Under the pieces are notes generated by a model, which was not told the origin of the DNA, did no database searches, and saw nothing but the letters and a program-made list of their open reading frames with translations. DNA of 64,000 bases from Nitrososphaerota archaeon (GTDB lineage: Archaea > Thermoproteota > Nitrososphaeria > Nitrososphaerales > Nitrosopumilaceae). Below, piece after piece: positions 1 through 9,963 of this stretch (position 1 is the first letter of the stretch; each line of letters begins with the position of its first letter). The DNA lies in the NCBI GenBank assembly GCA_028867755.1, contig JAGWFT010000001.1, positions 484,727 through 548,726 of the forward strand, given 5' to 3'. The position numbers were made by a program, and so were the translations under genes.

Positions 1-1201
1 AAATTGTGATAAAACCAGATTTGAGCGCTGATAATGCTATGTTTAGACCAAATAGAATGAAAGTAAAAGTGTATAGTGATAACATAGTACCTTTTAATGC
101 TTTTTCGGATATCCTCTTTTCAATTATACTGTGAACAAATTTGCCACCGTCTAGTATTGGTAAGGGTAGCATGTTGAATATGCCGATGAAAAATGATAGC
201 ATCCATAGCCACAACAAAAACATGAATATTTCTGGACTCCAATGTATGTAATATGGTACGACTGGCTGATAGGAAGGTAATGCAGCTCTCATAATACCAA
301 GCATTCCTTTTTGAGGATCATCTTTTGATGGGGTTACTGTCACAGAAATCTGAAGAGGTTGTCCTGATCTGGTCAAAGTCACATCAGCAGTATCTCCAGG
401 TTTTAACTTAACTTTGGCAAAATCTTGTGGCAGAGATATGTGAATTCCATTGATCTGAGTAATGATGTCGTCTTTTTGTAGTCCAGCTTTTTCAGCTCCT
501 GATCCAGGCTCAACTGCTATAATTGGAACACCTAGAGGTTCGCTATAGAGAATGTTTCGTATACCATCTGGCATAATTAGGGCAAAAGATGGATTGAACA
601 AAAGTAAACCTGCAATTATGAAAGAGAATATGACATTTGATGTTGCACCGGCTCCTATCACTCTAAGCCTGGATATTCTTTTGGCTTTTGCAAATTCTTC
701 CTCATCTGGTTCTACAAAGCCTGCAAATAGAGCAATAAATACAGCAAAACCTCCCGTTTTGATCTTTATCTTTTCAAGAGTTGCTACTATTCCATGTGCA
801 CCTTCATGCATCACAAGTACAATTGGAACTGAAAGAAGAAAGTATGCTATGTTAGAACTTGATTGAATTGTAACTCCAGGTATGAGCACAGTCATCTCTG
901 CAAATGATTCTGGTTTTACAAAGAAGTTAGAAAGATTAGAAATCAGATACCAAAAACCGGCACCCATCATTATGAATCCCAATATCACGCTTGCATTTGA
1001 AAAAATTCTTGTAGCACGTTCTGTTCTACCTAAAAGTCTGGTCAAAAGTAACTGAACATCCTTATTTTTATAGGTCAAACTGTAGGGTTTTATCTCAAAA
1101 CCACGTTTATCCAGTTTTGAGGCCTTTGCAATTGCAAATATGATGACCCATGCAATTAAAACATAAATGATAGAGTTCTGCTGCAAAAATCCAAATGCCA
1201 A
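1..1201 (-). CDS. Site-2 protease (M50 family) with PDZ domain, truncated at window edge
   Basis: Manual translation from TTG at 1201 gives MAFGFLQQNSIIYVLIAW..., with a HEGAHG zinc motif near 790-810, a GATSNV motif, a PDZ-like segment (GSGAEKAGLQKDDIITQING) and NMLPLPILDGG. The frame stays open to base 1. It is absent from the ORF track. Confidence 0.9.
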   Translation of the reverse strand, partial: MAFGFLQQNSIIYVLIAWVIIFAIAKASKLDKRGFEIKPYSLTYKNKDVQLLLTRLLGRTERATRIFSNASVILGFIMMGAGFWYLISNLSNFFVKPESFAEMTVLIPGVTIQSSSNIAYFLLSVPIVLVMHEGAHGIVATLEKIKIKTGGFAVFIALFAGFVEPDEEEFAKAKRISRLRVIGAGATSNVIFSFIIAGLLLFNPSFALIMPDGIRNILYSEPLGVPIIAVEPGSGAEKAGLQKDDIITQINGIHISLPQDFAKVKLKPGDTADVTLTRSGQPLQISVTVTPSKDDPQKGMLGIMRAALPSYQPVVPYYIHWSPEIFMFLLWLWMLSFFIGIFNMLPLPILDGGKFVHSIIEKRISEKALKGTMLSLYTFTFILFGLNIALSALKSGFITI

Positions 1202-1245
1202 ATTAATTGATACTCTTTTTAGTCAGGGCAAATTTATCAGTTGCT

Positions 1246-1590
1246 ATGGGGCTTGTGATAGTTTCAACATATCCCGACAAAAAGTCCATATCTAAAATTG
1301 CAGATATTGTAGTAAACAAAGGATTAGCAGCATGTGTAAATTATACAAAAATTCATTCTGTATACGCATGGAAAGGGAAACTGGAAAATACAGAGGAGTT
1401 TTTGGCGCTTTTCAAGACCACAACAAGAACAAAAGATCTACTCAAAAAAGAGATTGCAAAAACTCATCCATACCAAGTTCCAGAAATTGTAGAACTAAAA
1501 ATGGATTCTGTAAACCTATCATATCAGAACTGGCTCATAAACTCAACTCGTAAGAGCAAACCTAAGAAGCGAAATAATTCCACCAAGTGA
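1246..1590 (+). CDS. cutA: Divalent-cation tolerance protein CutA
   Basis: LAACVN, SVYAWKGK and HPYQVPEI motifs. Start trimmed from 1207 to the ATG at 1246. The 3' end overlaps pelota. Confidence 0.92.
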   Translation: MGLVIVSTYPDKKSISKIADIVVNKGLAACVNYTKIHSVYAWKGKLENTEEFLALFKTTTRTKDLLKKEIAKTHPYQVPEIVELKMDSVNLSYQNWLINSTRKSKPKKRNNSTK

Positions 1591-2595
1591 CGATACCCTA
1601 AGACCCACATCTGTTGTTGGATCTACGGCATATACCTCTACTCCCTTTCCTTCGGCTTGATTTAGGAATGTGATGATCTTCTCTTCCTCATGATCTTCGA
1701 AAATCTTATCTGAGAAGACTAGTGATTGTACAGCACCTGCCTCATTTGCTCTAGATGTTTCTTCAAAACCCATTGTGAATTTGTTAATTTTCTTGTTCAC
1801 CATGAGCATTATTTCATCTAAAATAGAAGATACTTTTGCAATCTTACTCTTAGTTAGAGCCTGTCTCATTGTTTCTGATTTTATGAATGTGTAGATGCCA
1901 TCTTCTCCACTTGAATCAATACCATCTATTACACGAATTCCATGTCCTTTGATAGATGGTAGCTCAGAAAGAAAATTTCCCAGTCGTTTTTTTGTTTCTC
2001 CTGGACCGAATATTATGATCTCATCTCTTTCCCTTATTGTAGATGTCATTGCACTTTGAATATCTTTGAAAAAATCTTCTATATTGAATTTGGATTTGTA
2101 TCTTTTTCCACTTGCTCCAGAGTACATGTTGGGCATAAGATTGAGATGTGTGCCAGTCAACCTTCCTATACCACAATCTGTAGTATCTATTGCAACAAGT
2201 AAGAAGCTGCTAGCATCTCTTTTTTCAAAAATTAACTTATTCTCAATATCACTCCAACTTTTCTTAATCAAAGTTATGGGTTCGCCAATTTTTAGAGTTA
2301 GAGAATGATGCGATCCCTTGCTAACAGATTCATTATCTGATTCTGCTATGATCCCCTGCACTTTTAATCTATCAACAACATCATCAATAGAAATCTTTTC
2401 CACATCAAGTGCAACTCGAATTTTAATTCTTTCTCCTCTGTCTGGTCTTGCAAAGTCTTTGTCTTGTTTTACGACACGTGTGGTATCTCCTACGATCCTG
2501 TCTCTATTACGTATAACTCGTCTTAATGTGAAAAGATCATCAGACTCTTCAGGTATTAATGCAACTGAATTTTCATCTATTTTTTTTGCAATCAA
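1543..2595 (-). CDS. pelA: Pelota/Dom34 ribosome rescue factor
   Basis: eRF1-like three-domain layout: PEESDDLFTLRRVI, SGKRY, FGPGETK, LGGIISLLRF. Confidence 0.95.
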   Translation of the reverse strand: MIAKKIDENSVALIPEESDDLFTLRRVIRNRDRIVGDTTRVVKQDKDFARPDRGERIKIRVALDVEKISIDDVVDRLKVQGIIAESDNESVSKGSHHSLTLKIGEPITLIKKSWSDIENKLIFEKRDASSFLLVAIDTTDCGIGRLTGTHLNLMPNMYSGASGKRYKSKFNIEDFFKDIQSAMTSTIRERDEIIIFGPGETKKRLGNFLSELPSIKGHGIRVIDGIDSSGEDGIYTFIKSETMRQALTKSKIAKVSSILDEIMLMVNKKINKFTMGFEETSRANEAGAVQSLVFSDKIFEDHEEEKIITFLNQAEGKGVEVYAVDPTTDVGLRVSSLGGIISLLRFALTS

Positions 2596-2636
2596 CTGTG
2601 TATCCTATAAGATCTACAATAATAAAAAAGAGTGAT

Positions 2637-3059
2637 CTAGTTCGTTAATTCACTGTTCTTGACCTGCTTCTCTTCTGCCTTTTTCCTTAGATAATTTTGG
2701 ACCCATTCCTGTGTTATTACTCCGGCTTCAGTCAAGTTTACTAGTGTGTTGGTTGATGCCTCACCAGTTACCTTTCCCATAATACGTCTGATCTGTCTCC
2801 ATTTTAGATTCGTATTACCACTTTTCGATGAATAAATTATGCCGAGAACCTCTTTTGCGTTGACAAAAGTCATATCGCGAATCTTCTTGAGAGTTACCTT
2901 ATCTGCAGCCTCTACATAGATTAGGCCAGGCGAAGTTTCACGCTCAGGAAATACTTCATAATCCTCCAAGTAACTCTCTGGAACAAACGAGTTGCAAGTA
3001 CTTAGGACTACAAATTTCCTAAAACTTTCAAGCGAACAGGTAGCGTCAATGGTTACCAT
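2637..3059 (-). CDS. Conserved hypothetical protein
   Basis: 140-aa ORF with coding-like composition, upstream of pelota on the same strand. Confidence 0.75.
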   Translation of the reverse strand: MVTIDATCSLESFRKFVVLSTCNSFVPESYLEDYEVFPERETSPGLIYVEAADKVTLKKIRDMTFVNAKEVLGIIYSSKSGNTNLKWRQIRRIMGKVTGEASTNTLVNLTEAGVITQEWVQNYLRKKAEEKQVKNSELTN

Positions 3060-3230
3060 TTGTCTAGATTTCGCAACCGCCTTTTATCAAGCTTCTTGAA
3101 AGACTCAATTAGGAACATAGAAAATTACTTGTTGCAGGCGTTGATGACCAAATCCCTTTGATATGATGAGAAGGATCTTGAGTTCTGAGCCTGCACTTGA
3201 TTTTTATAAAATAAGAAATTCCATTATGCT

Positions 3231-3650
3231 GTGAAATCACTTACTGAATATTTGATGTTTAATGTTCCATCCAGAAGAGGATTTGTGAATATTACTCCTG
3301 ATATACGTAAAATAGTTCAGAAGAGTGGAGTCAAAGATGGCATTTGTCTAGTTAATGCTATGCACATTACAGCCAGCGTATTTATCAACGATAATGAGAG
3401 TGGCCTTCATCAAGACTATGAGAGATGGCTTGAAGAATTGGCACCTCATGAACCGATATCAAAATATGAGCACAATAAAACTGGAGAAGATAATGCTGAC
3501 GCACATCTCAAAAGACAAATCATGGGAAGAGAAGTTATAGTTGCTATAACAAACGGTCAGCTTGATTTTGGACCATGGGAACAAATATTCTATGGTGAGT
3601 TTGATGGAAAAAGACCAAAGCGTGTACTTGTAAAGATTATCGGTGAATAA
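3231..3650 (+). CDS. YjbQ/UPF0047 family protein
   Basis: [20 protein letters not shown] and [13 protein letters not shown] motifs. Confidence 0.93.
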   Translation: MKSLTEYLMFNVPSRRGFVNITPDIRKIVQKSGVKDGICLVNAMHITASVFINDNESGLHQDYERWLEELAPHEPISKYEHNKTGEDNADAHLKRQIMGREVIVAITNGQLDFGPWEQIFYGEFDGKRPKRVLVKIIGE

Positions 3651-3806
3651 CTAACTCAAAGAACCACGTTTTTGGATTCCTTCTGTGAGTGGCTTGATCT
3701 TAAAACTTTCTTCATGATTCTGAGGACCATGACTGCATTTGACACAGCCAACTTTAAAACCGTTTGAGTCCTTCACATATGTTTCACAACCACAGAAACA
3801 AGTCAT
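3651..3806 (-). CDS. 51-aa Cys/His-rich microprotein (putative metal-binding)
   Basis: Manual translation: MTCFCGCETYVKDSNGFKVGCVKCSHGPQNHEESFKIKPLTEGIQKRGSLS. ATG at 3806, TAG at 3651-3653. It fills the gap between yjbQ and the DtxR gene. Confidence 0.65.
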   Translation of the reverse strand: MTCFCGCETYVKDSNGFKVGCVKCSHGPQNHEESFKIKPLTEGIQKRGSLS

Positions 3807-3847
3807 ACTTTCTACAACACTAAGCCATGATATAACTTATTTCACAA

Positions 3848-4306
3848 CTAAACCTTACAACACTTTCCACGTGGAATTTCGTGATCATGTGGACATTTTC
3901 TTGGATGTTTTAGCATTGTACATAGTGCATCTGTGAATTGCTCATTCATGTGATGCTCAATTCCACAAACCATCTCTTCATCAATGTCTACCTTAAGTGC
4001 ACTATCCATCAAAACTTCAAGCAATCTACTATTTCGCATCATATTGGAGCCAATTTGTTCTCCATTCTTGGTTAAAGAAACTCCGCCTTTGTTGTAGTTC
4101 ACAAGTTTGGTATCATTTAGCTTTTTTAGCATCTGAACCACACTTGGCTGTCTTACATTTAGCATCTTTGCTATTGTGCTTATCTTTACGGGGTCTCCGC
4201 CTTCCTTTATGTGCCAAATTGCCTTTAGATACATCTCTACATGTTCAGCCTCTGCAGTTCCAACAAATAGAACTTCTTGATCTTTCATATTCTGCATACC
4301 CATCAC
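3848..4306 (-). CDS. DtxR/MntR family metal-dependent transcriptional regulator
   Basis: EMYLKAI...SVVQMLKKL helix-turn-helix, RNSRLLE, GIEHHM and CPHDHEIP motifs. Confidence 0.92.
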   Translation of the reverse strand: MMGMQNMKDQEVLFVGTAEAEHVEMYLKAIWHIKEGGDPVKISTIAKMLNVRQPSVVQMLKKLNDTKLVNYNKGGVSLTKNGEQIGSNMMRNSRLLEVLMDSALKVDIDEEMVCGIEHHMNEQFTDALCTMLKHPRKCPHDHEIPRGKCCKV

Positions 4307-4307
4307 C

Positions 4308-5078
4308 TTACTTTACGTCTTTTGATTCTTTCAACAAATACTCAAAGTATTCACGTGCGAATCCTGCAAGACCAGAATGGTCAGCCCATATGGCAACAGC
4401 TTCTTTTGAACCAGATGTTCCAAGTTCCTCTCCAAGTAATAAAACCACATATCTTTTGTCTGAGATAATGCCACCTCCAAAGAGCCCTTTTTTTAATTTG
4501 ACTTTGGCTACACGTGACAATGACTTTAGTGTATCATTATCAGCATCTTCTGATACCAGAATAGTGATATCTATCCCTCTGTCGTGCAATAATCTGAGCT
4601 TTGGTAATGCTTCTTTTGCCAAGGACTCGGCTACTTTGGGTATGGCAATCATTACCTCATTTCTACAAGAATCGACCATCTCCAGAATCTTAGTTGCTAT
4701 GTTCATGACTCCTGAAATAATCCAAATATCTGGTCTTTCACTCGTTCCGCTTTGTTCGTAAAGTGGTGTAAGTTCCTTTAATATGACATCTTCATTATTT
4801 CTAAACTCTGTCTCAAATTGCTGCCTTGACGTCTGCATTGCTGTAGCTGGAGACTTTGCAAAATACTGTGTAGGGCGTGAATCATCAGAACCTATCCATC
4901 CCTTTTCTTCTAACGTTCCTAATACCTCATATATCTTGGAATAGGGGACTCCTGATTTCTGGCTTAGGTCGGATGCTGTTATTGGACCTGTCTTGAGAAG
5001 AGAAGAGTATGTCTTTATCTCATAACTAGTAAGCCCTATCCTCTCAAGGGACTTTCTAGCCTTATCAGAGAGGCTCAT
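4308..5078 (-). CDS. TrmB family transcriptional regulator
   Basis: N-terminal wHTH (GLTSYEIKTYSSLL...SGVPYSKIYEVLGTLEEKGWI) plus C-terminal effector domain. Confidence 0.92.
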   Translation of the reverse strand: MSLSDKARKSLERIGLTSYEIKTYSSLLKTGPITASDLSQKSGVPYSKIYEVLGTLEEKGWIGSDDSRPTQYFAKSPATAMQTSRQQFETEFRNNEDVILKELTPLYEQSGTSERPDIWIISGVMNIATKILEMVDSCRNEVMIAIPKVAESLAKEALPKLRLLHDRGIDITILVSEDADNDTLKSLSRVAKVKLKKGLFGGGIISDKRYVVLLLGEELGTSGSKEAVAIWADHSGLAGFAREYFEYLLKESKDVK

Positions 5079-5204
5079 GTAATATCAATCGAAGATTTCA
5101 AGGTATATATGTCTAGGATGCACCGTTTGCTTGCTAACACGCACAAGTTCTACCTATTCATCTGGTGTCTTGTTGGAAATGGATTAAATACTCTTTCCGA
5201 AGAT

Positions 5205-6884
5205 ATGCCATTAATAGACATGGAACTAATTCAGATATCTAATCTAAAGACTCCTACTATAGGTAAGAAGTCTACTATTCGATTTACTCAAAGCATATGT
5301 CCAGACTGTAACATGATACTAGATGCCGAGGTCTTTGAAAGAGACAGCAAGGTCTTCATGACAAAGACCTGTCCTACACATGGTGAATGTGAGGAACTGT
5401 ATTTTGGCTCATATGAGATGTACAGGAAGTTTAGCACATATTGGATGGACGGCAAAGGTGCTCATGCTCCCAATGTAATGATTGACAAGTGTTCTTGTCC
5501 AAACAACTGTGGACTATGTTCTAACCATCTTTCACACAGTGGACTTGCAAACATGATAGTAACTAACAGATGTGATCTGACTTGTTGGTATTGCTTCTTT
5601 TATGTAAAGAAGGGCCTTGAAGGCGCATACATGTACGAGCCTACACAAGATCAAGTAAGAGCAATGATGAAAACTCTAAAGGCAGAAAGGCCAATTCCAG
5701 GCAACTCTATGCAAATCACCGGTGGTGAACCCATGTTAAGAGAAGACATCGCAGATGTTATCAAAATAATGAAAGAAGAAGGCGTGGATCATATACAGAT
5801 GAATACAAATGGAATCAGGTTTGCATTAGATCCAGAAGCAATGCGAGAGGTAAGACTTGCAGGTGTAAATAATTTGTATCTTAGCTTTGATGGAGTTACC
5901 CCAAGAACAAATCCAAAGAATCACTGGGAAATTCCATATGCATTAGAAAGCGCAAGAAAGACCGGAACCACTGTTGTCTTTGTTCCAACAGTTATCAAAT
6001 CAATTAATGATCATGAGTTAGGTGGCATTATCAGATATGCACAAAAGAATCTCGATGTTGTACATGCCGTTAACTTCCAACCCGTCTCACTCACAGGAAG
6101 AATGGGCAAGAAAGAGCGTGAGAAATACAGAATCACAATTCCAGACTGCATACAAAGAATCGAAGAACAAACAGGTGCTGAGGTAACAGTAGATGACTGG
6201 TTCCCAGTTCCAAGCTGCATGCCATTGACAAACGTCATTGAAGCATTTTCAAGCAAACCAAAATACGAGTTATCTATTCACTTTGCATGTGGTGCCGGAA
6301 CATACATCTTCGAAGATCAGGACACCAAAAAGTTTGTTCCATTAACAAAATTTGCAGACATTCAGGGAATGTTGGAACTATTTGAGGATAAAGCAGAAGA
6401 GATTCGTTCTGGTAAAAACAAGTACTTTACAATGCTGGAGGTTGTAAGAAAACTCTCAAGCTTTGTTGACAGAAAGAAACAACCAGCAGGCCTTGACTTG
6501 GCAAAGATGTTTGGTAATATCCTAATGAAGAGATCATTTGATTCAGTTGGTTCATGGCATGTCAAGGGACTCTTCTTAGGTATGATGCACTTCCAAGACA
6601 AGTACAACGAAGACTTGGAAAGACTGCAAAGATGTGATATTCATTATGTGACACCAGATCTTAGGATAATTCCATTCTGTGCGTTCAATGTAATTCCAGA
6701 ATGGTATAGAGACAGAATCCAAAAGAAATATTCTACAACAGTAGAAGAATGGGAGCAAAAAGTAGGTGCAAAATTAGAGGATGGTCTCTATAGGGGCATA
6801 ATGAGAAGAGGTTCAGGCGACGAGCTTGCTGCAGGTTGTGCAAAGAGCCAGATGTTCCACGAGGCATCTCAGGCTCTAATGTAA
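5205..6884 (+). CDS. tes: Tetraether lipid synthase Tes-like radical SAM enzyme (MJ0619 family)
   Basis: N-terminal CPDC...CPTHG, CPNNCGLCSNH, radical SAM CX3CX2C (CDLTCWYC), GGEP, HFACG, and C-terminal RCDIHY...IPFC. Start trimmed from 5109 (5205 or 5220 likely). Confidence 0.88.
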   Translation: MPLIDMELIQISNLKTPTIGKKSTIRFTQSICPDCNMILDAEVFERDSKVFMTKTCPTHGECEELYFGSYEMYRKFSTYWMDGKGAHAPNVMIDKCSCPNNCGLCSNHLSHSGLANMIVTNRCDLTCWYCFFYVKKGLEGAYMYEPTQDQVRAMMKTLKAERPIPGNSMQITGGEPMLREDIADVIKIMKEEGVDHIQMNTNGIRFALDPEAMREVRLAGVNNLYLSFDGVTPRTNPKNHWEIPYALESARKTGTTVVFVPTVIKSINDHELGGIIRYAQKNLDVVHAVNFQPVSLTGRMGKKEREKYRITIPDCIQRIEEQTGAEVTVDDWFPVPSCMPLTNVIEAFSSKPKYELSIHFACGAGTYIFEDQDTKKFVPLTKFADIQGMLELFEDKAEEIRSGKNKYFTMLEVVRKLSSFVDRKKQPAGLDLAKMFGNILMKRSFDSVGSWHVKGLFLGMMHFQDKYNEDLERLQRCDIHYVTPDLRIIPFCAFNVIPEWYRDRIQKKYSTTVEEWEQKVGAKLEDGLYRGIMRRGSGDELAAGCAKSQMFHEASQALM

Positions 6885-6957
6885 ATTTTATTTCATCAAA
6901 TCTCTCATTTTTAAAATTCTAAAGATTAATTGTAAGAGTACCACATCACAATTCTAA

Positions 6958-8040
6958 TTGAAGATAGGAATCATTCATGGTTTTGTGGGTGGAGGTGGAG
7001 GAACTGAAACAACTCTGCTTACTCTAATTGAAGCCTTGCTAGAGCATAAACACACCATAAACCTATACACAGTTTCTAAACCAACAGTTCAATTACCAAA
7101 AGTAAAGATCCAATCAGTTTTTCCTTTTCGTTTGCCAGCTTTTGGTTTGTATCAAAGATATCTTGAATCAAAACTAACAGAAAAGGCAAAAGACGACGAT
7201 CTAATAGTACAGGTATCTGGAGGATTGTCTTTACCATACAGAAAAGATCAAAAAATCATAATTTATTGTCACCATGATTTCAGAAATGAAACTGAAAAAG
7301 ATATTACAAAGTACAAAGGCATATGGTCTGCATATTACAAACCATACTATGTTCTAAGTCAAAGATTTGTTGATCAAATAGGAGATGAAAATATAGTACT
7401 TGTAGCAAATTCACAATTCATACAAGACTCTCTTAAGAAAAGATTTGGAAAAGATTCTGTTGTAATTTATCCTCCGGTCGATGCTGATGTATTCCAAAAT
7501 AGTGTGAATAAAGAACAGAGAATACTTACCATATCAAGGTACTCTCAGGAAAAGAATCTAGAATTTGCAATAGATGTATTAAGTGAGATAGAGGTGCCAT
7601 ATACCATTATAGGCAATACCAAGACTAGAGTAAACGAGCTGTATTACGAAAAACTAGCCACAAAAATTAAGAATCAAAAATCAATAGGGAAAATATTTCT
7701 TATGAAAAATATAGAACGTAACAAAGTGGTAGAGAACTTGGAGAAATATAAGGTGTATTTTCATGCATCGCCTGAAACCTTTGGAATATCAATTGTTGAA
7801 AGCATAGCTGCTGGATGCATCCCAATAGTCCCAAATAATTCTGCTCATAAGGAAACTGTTCCATTTGATGATTTACGCTATGAAACAGATGACAAAAAAG
7901 ATGCTCAGGAAAAAATCAAAAAGGCACTCTCAGGGAAATATGATAACCTACTAAATCAACTCAGGAGCTCTATTGATGTTTATAACAAGACGTCATTCAA
8001 GAATTCAATTGCAAGTTTTATTGAAAACATCGAGAACTGA
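6958..8040 (+). CDS. Glycosyltransferase family 4 (GT-B)
   Basis: GGTE N-terminal motif, YPPVD, EKN, ETFGISIVESIAAGCIPIV. Confidence 0.9.
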   Translation: MKIGIIHGFVGGGGGTETTLLTLIEALLEHKHTINLYTVSKPTVQLPKVKIQSVFPFRLPAFGLYQRYLESKLTEKAKDDDLIVQVSGGLSLPYRKDQKIIIYCHHDFRNETEKDITKYKGIWSAYYKPYYVLSQRFVDQIGDENIVLVANSQFIQDSLKKRFGKDSVVIYPPVDADVFQNSVNKEQRILTISRYSQEKNLEFAIDVLSEIEVPYTIIGNTKTRVNELYYEKLATKIKNQKSIGKIFLMKNIERNKVVENLEKYKVYFHASPETFGISIVESIAAGCIPIVPNNSAHKETVPFDDLRYETDDKKDAQEKIKKALSGKYDNLLNQLRSSIDVYNKTSFKNSIASFIENIEN

Positions 8041-8046
8041 TTCTTA

Positions 8047-8766
8047 TTATTCTGAAATGTGATATTTCTTCCATCGTTCCGTGTCAAGACTCATGTCCAT
8101 GGTCAATCTAGGCCCAGTATAATCATTAATAGTCATAGGTTCAATTTCTGGGGTGGTTAGTTTGGCCAAATCAAACATTGAAATTTTCTTGTCTCCAACA
8201 ATGTGTACGTAGCCATCCAGGTTTTCTTTGTAAACATCCATTATTGCCTTGGATACGTCTTGAGCAAAGAGATATGTCCCAAATCTATCTACAAATGCAC
8301 GTGGATAGGGCCATTTCTTCTTTGCCACAAAATTGGTTCTTATAATCAAGTATTCAGTGAGTCTATTTACTTCGTATTCTCCTATCAATTTTGTCAACGC
8401 ATAGAAATTTTCAGGATATGGAATGGAGTTTTCTTTGTACATTCCAGTATGCCCATCAAAAACACAAGCAGTACTGATATAGATGAATTTAGTATTTTTT
8501 TTCTTGTCAAGAACTGCGTCTACCAAGTTTTTGGTGCCGTTTACATTTGTATTCCATGCAAGCGGTTTGTTTTCTTCACACGGTCTTATGTGAGTCATTG
8601 CAGCAGCATGTATTATGGTATCAAAACCATGATTTTTTATATAATCAATGACATTTTTCTTGTTAGATATGTCAAGCTCTTGATGTGAAGGTGCTAGTGC
8701 ATTTGGGAAAATCTTCTTTAACTCAGTGCCCAGAGCCCCATTTCCGCCCGTGATTAAAACATTCAA
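8047..8766 (-). CDS. RmlD-like NAD(P)-dependent sugar-nucleotide 4-reductase
   Basis: GGNGALG, IHAAAMT, YISTACVFDG and YALTK (YxxxK) motifs. Confidence 0.85.
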   Translation of the reverse strand: MNVLITGGNGALGTELKKIFPNALAPSHQELDISNKKNVIDYIKNHGFDTIIHAAAMTHIRPCEENKPLAWNTNVNGTKNLVDAVLDKKKNTKFIYISTACVFDGHTGMYKENSIPYPENFYALTKLIGEYEVNRLTEYLIIRTNFVAKKKWPYPRAFVDRFGTYLFAQDVSKAIMDVYKENLDGYVHIVGDKKISMFDLAKLTTPEIEPMTINDYTGPRLTMDMSLDTERWKKYHISE

Positions 8767-8817
8767 CTTTCTTCTGATGGTTTAAGTAAACTATATTGTA
8801 AACCTTTCCCGAAAATC

Positions 8818-9915
8818 TTAGTATTGTAACCTGTCTATTTTTCCGCTCAATATGTTGGCAACTCTCAAGGCAGTCTTGCCATCACCTAGTGATCTATTCC
8901 ACTCTAGATCATTTTCATGTGAGGTAATCACCTTTACTGCAGTTTCTACATTTTTTGGATTTAATCCTGCAAGTATGTTAGCTCCTTCTTCTATGTATTC
9001 TGGTCTCTCTGTGCTTTCACGTATTGTAACACACGGTTTCTTAAAATATAATGCCTCTTCTGGAACTGTACCAGAATCTGTAATGAGACAAAATGCATTC
9101 TTTTCTAATTTTGAAAAATCAAAAAAGCCAAGAGGTTTCATTAATTCAAGATTGCCTGGTATCTTTCTTTTCTTTATCTTGCTTAGCGTTCTTGGGTGTA
9201 TTGGATAGATGACCCTCTTCTTGAATCTCTTGCCTATTGCTTGCAAAGAAGAAAAGATTTTTTCCAACGACTCTGGAGAATCAACATTTTCGCTACGATG
9301 GGCAGTAACCAAAAAGTAATCATTTGGTTCTAAATTCATTTTTTCCATAATATTGCTGGATTCTATCTTAGGCGAAAAATAGTTTATGACATCAATTATT
9401 GGATTTCCTACAACGTATATCTTACCTGGATGGATATTTTCTCGAATCAGATTTTCTCTAGAGTATGTTGTATATGGAAGTAAGAGAGAAGAAAGATGAT
9501 CGATTATGATTCGATTTTTTTCTTCAGGCATACGAAAGTCATAGCTACGCATACCAGCTTCAAGATGAACTATCTTTATTTTGTGATGAGCAGCGGGAAT
9601 GGCAGCAAGTCCGCTATTTGTATCGCCCAAAATTAGTAAAACATTAGGCTTTTCCTTCAGTAGGACTTCTTCTGATTTTGTTATAATGTCTGAAACTTCT
9701 GGACCGTACTTGCCTGTCTTTATTTTCAAGTCATAATCGGGTTTGCGAATCTCAAGTTCATTAAAAAAGACAGAATTTAGCTCGTAGGTATAGTTTTGAC
9801 TCGTATTGATCATCACATGATCAAAATTCGCATCTAGCAGGGAAAAAATCCTGCTTAATCTGATTATCTCAGGCCTTGTTCCAAAAATGGACATTATTTT
9901 CATAAGATATGGCAT
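8818..9915 (-). CDS. UDP-N-acetylhexosamine 2-epimerase (non-hydrolysing; WecB/FnlC/WbvD-like)
   Basis: GTRPEIIR, LGDTNS, HLEAGMRS, PEEKNR, TAHRSEN, TDSG, TERPE. Confidence 0.92.
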   Translation of the reverse strand: MPYLMKIMSIFGTRPEIIRLSRIFSLLDANFDHVMINTSQNYTYELNSVFFNELEIRKPDYDLKIKTGKYGPEVSDIITKSEEVLLKEKPNVLLILGDTNSGLAAIPAAHHKIKIVHLEAGMRSYDFRMPEEKNRIIIDHLSSLLLPYTTYSRENLIRENIHPGKIYVVGNPIIDVINYFSPKIESSNIMEKMNLEPNDYFLVTAHRSENVDSPESLEKIFSSLQAIGKRFKKRVIYPIHPRTLSKIKKRKIPGNLELMKPLGFFDFSKLEKNAFCLITDSGTVPEEALYFKKPCVTIRESTERPEYIEEGANILAGLNPKNVETAVKVITSHENDLEWNRSLGDGKTALRVANILSGKIDRLQY

Positions 9916-9963
9916 GATGTTATTGCCAAATTTAAAAGGTTTTCAGATGACCAAATTAATTTC

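Noticed and set aside
552-866. 104-aa plus-strand ORF
   Set aside because: Antisense to the M50 protease on the minus strand
3997-4761. 254-aa plus-strand ORF
   Set aside because: Antisense shadow of the well-supported TrmB and DtxR genes, with no recognisable motifs
5109-5204. N-terminal extension of the Tes ORF
   Set aside because: It spans the divergent promoter region, and a TATA-like TTAAATA near 5184-5190 points to a start at 5205 or 5220
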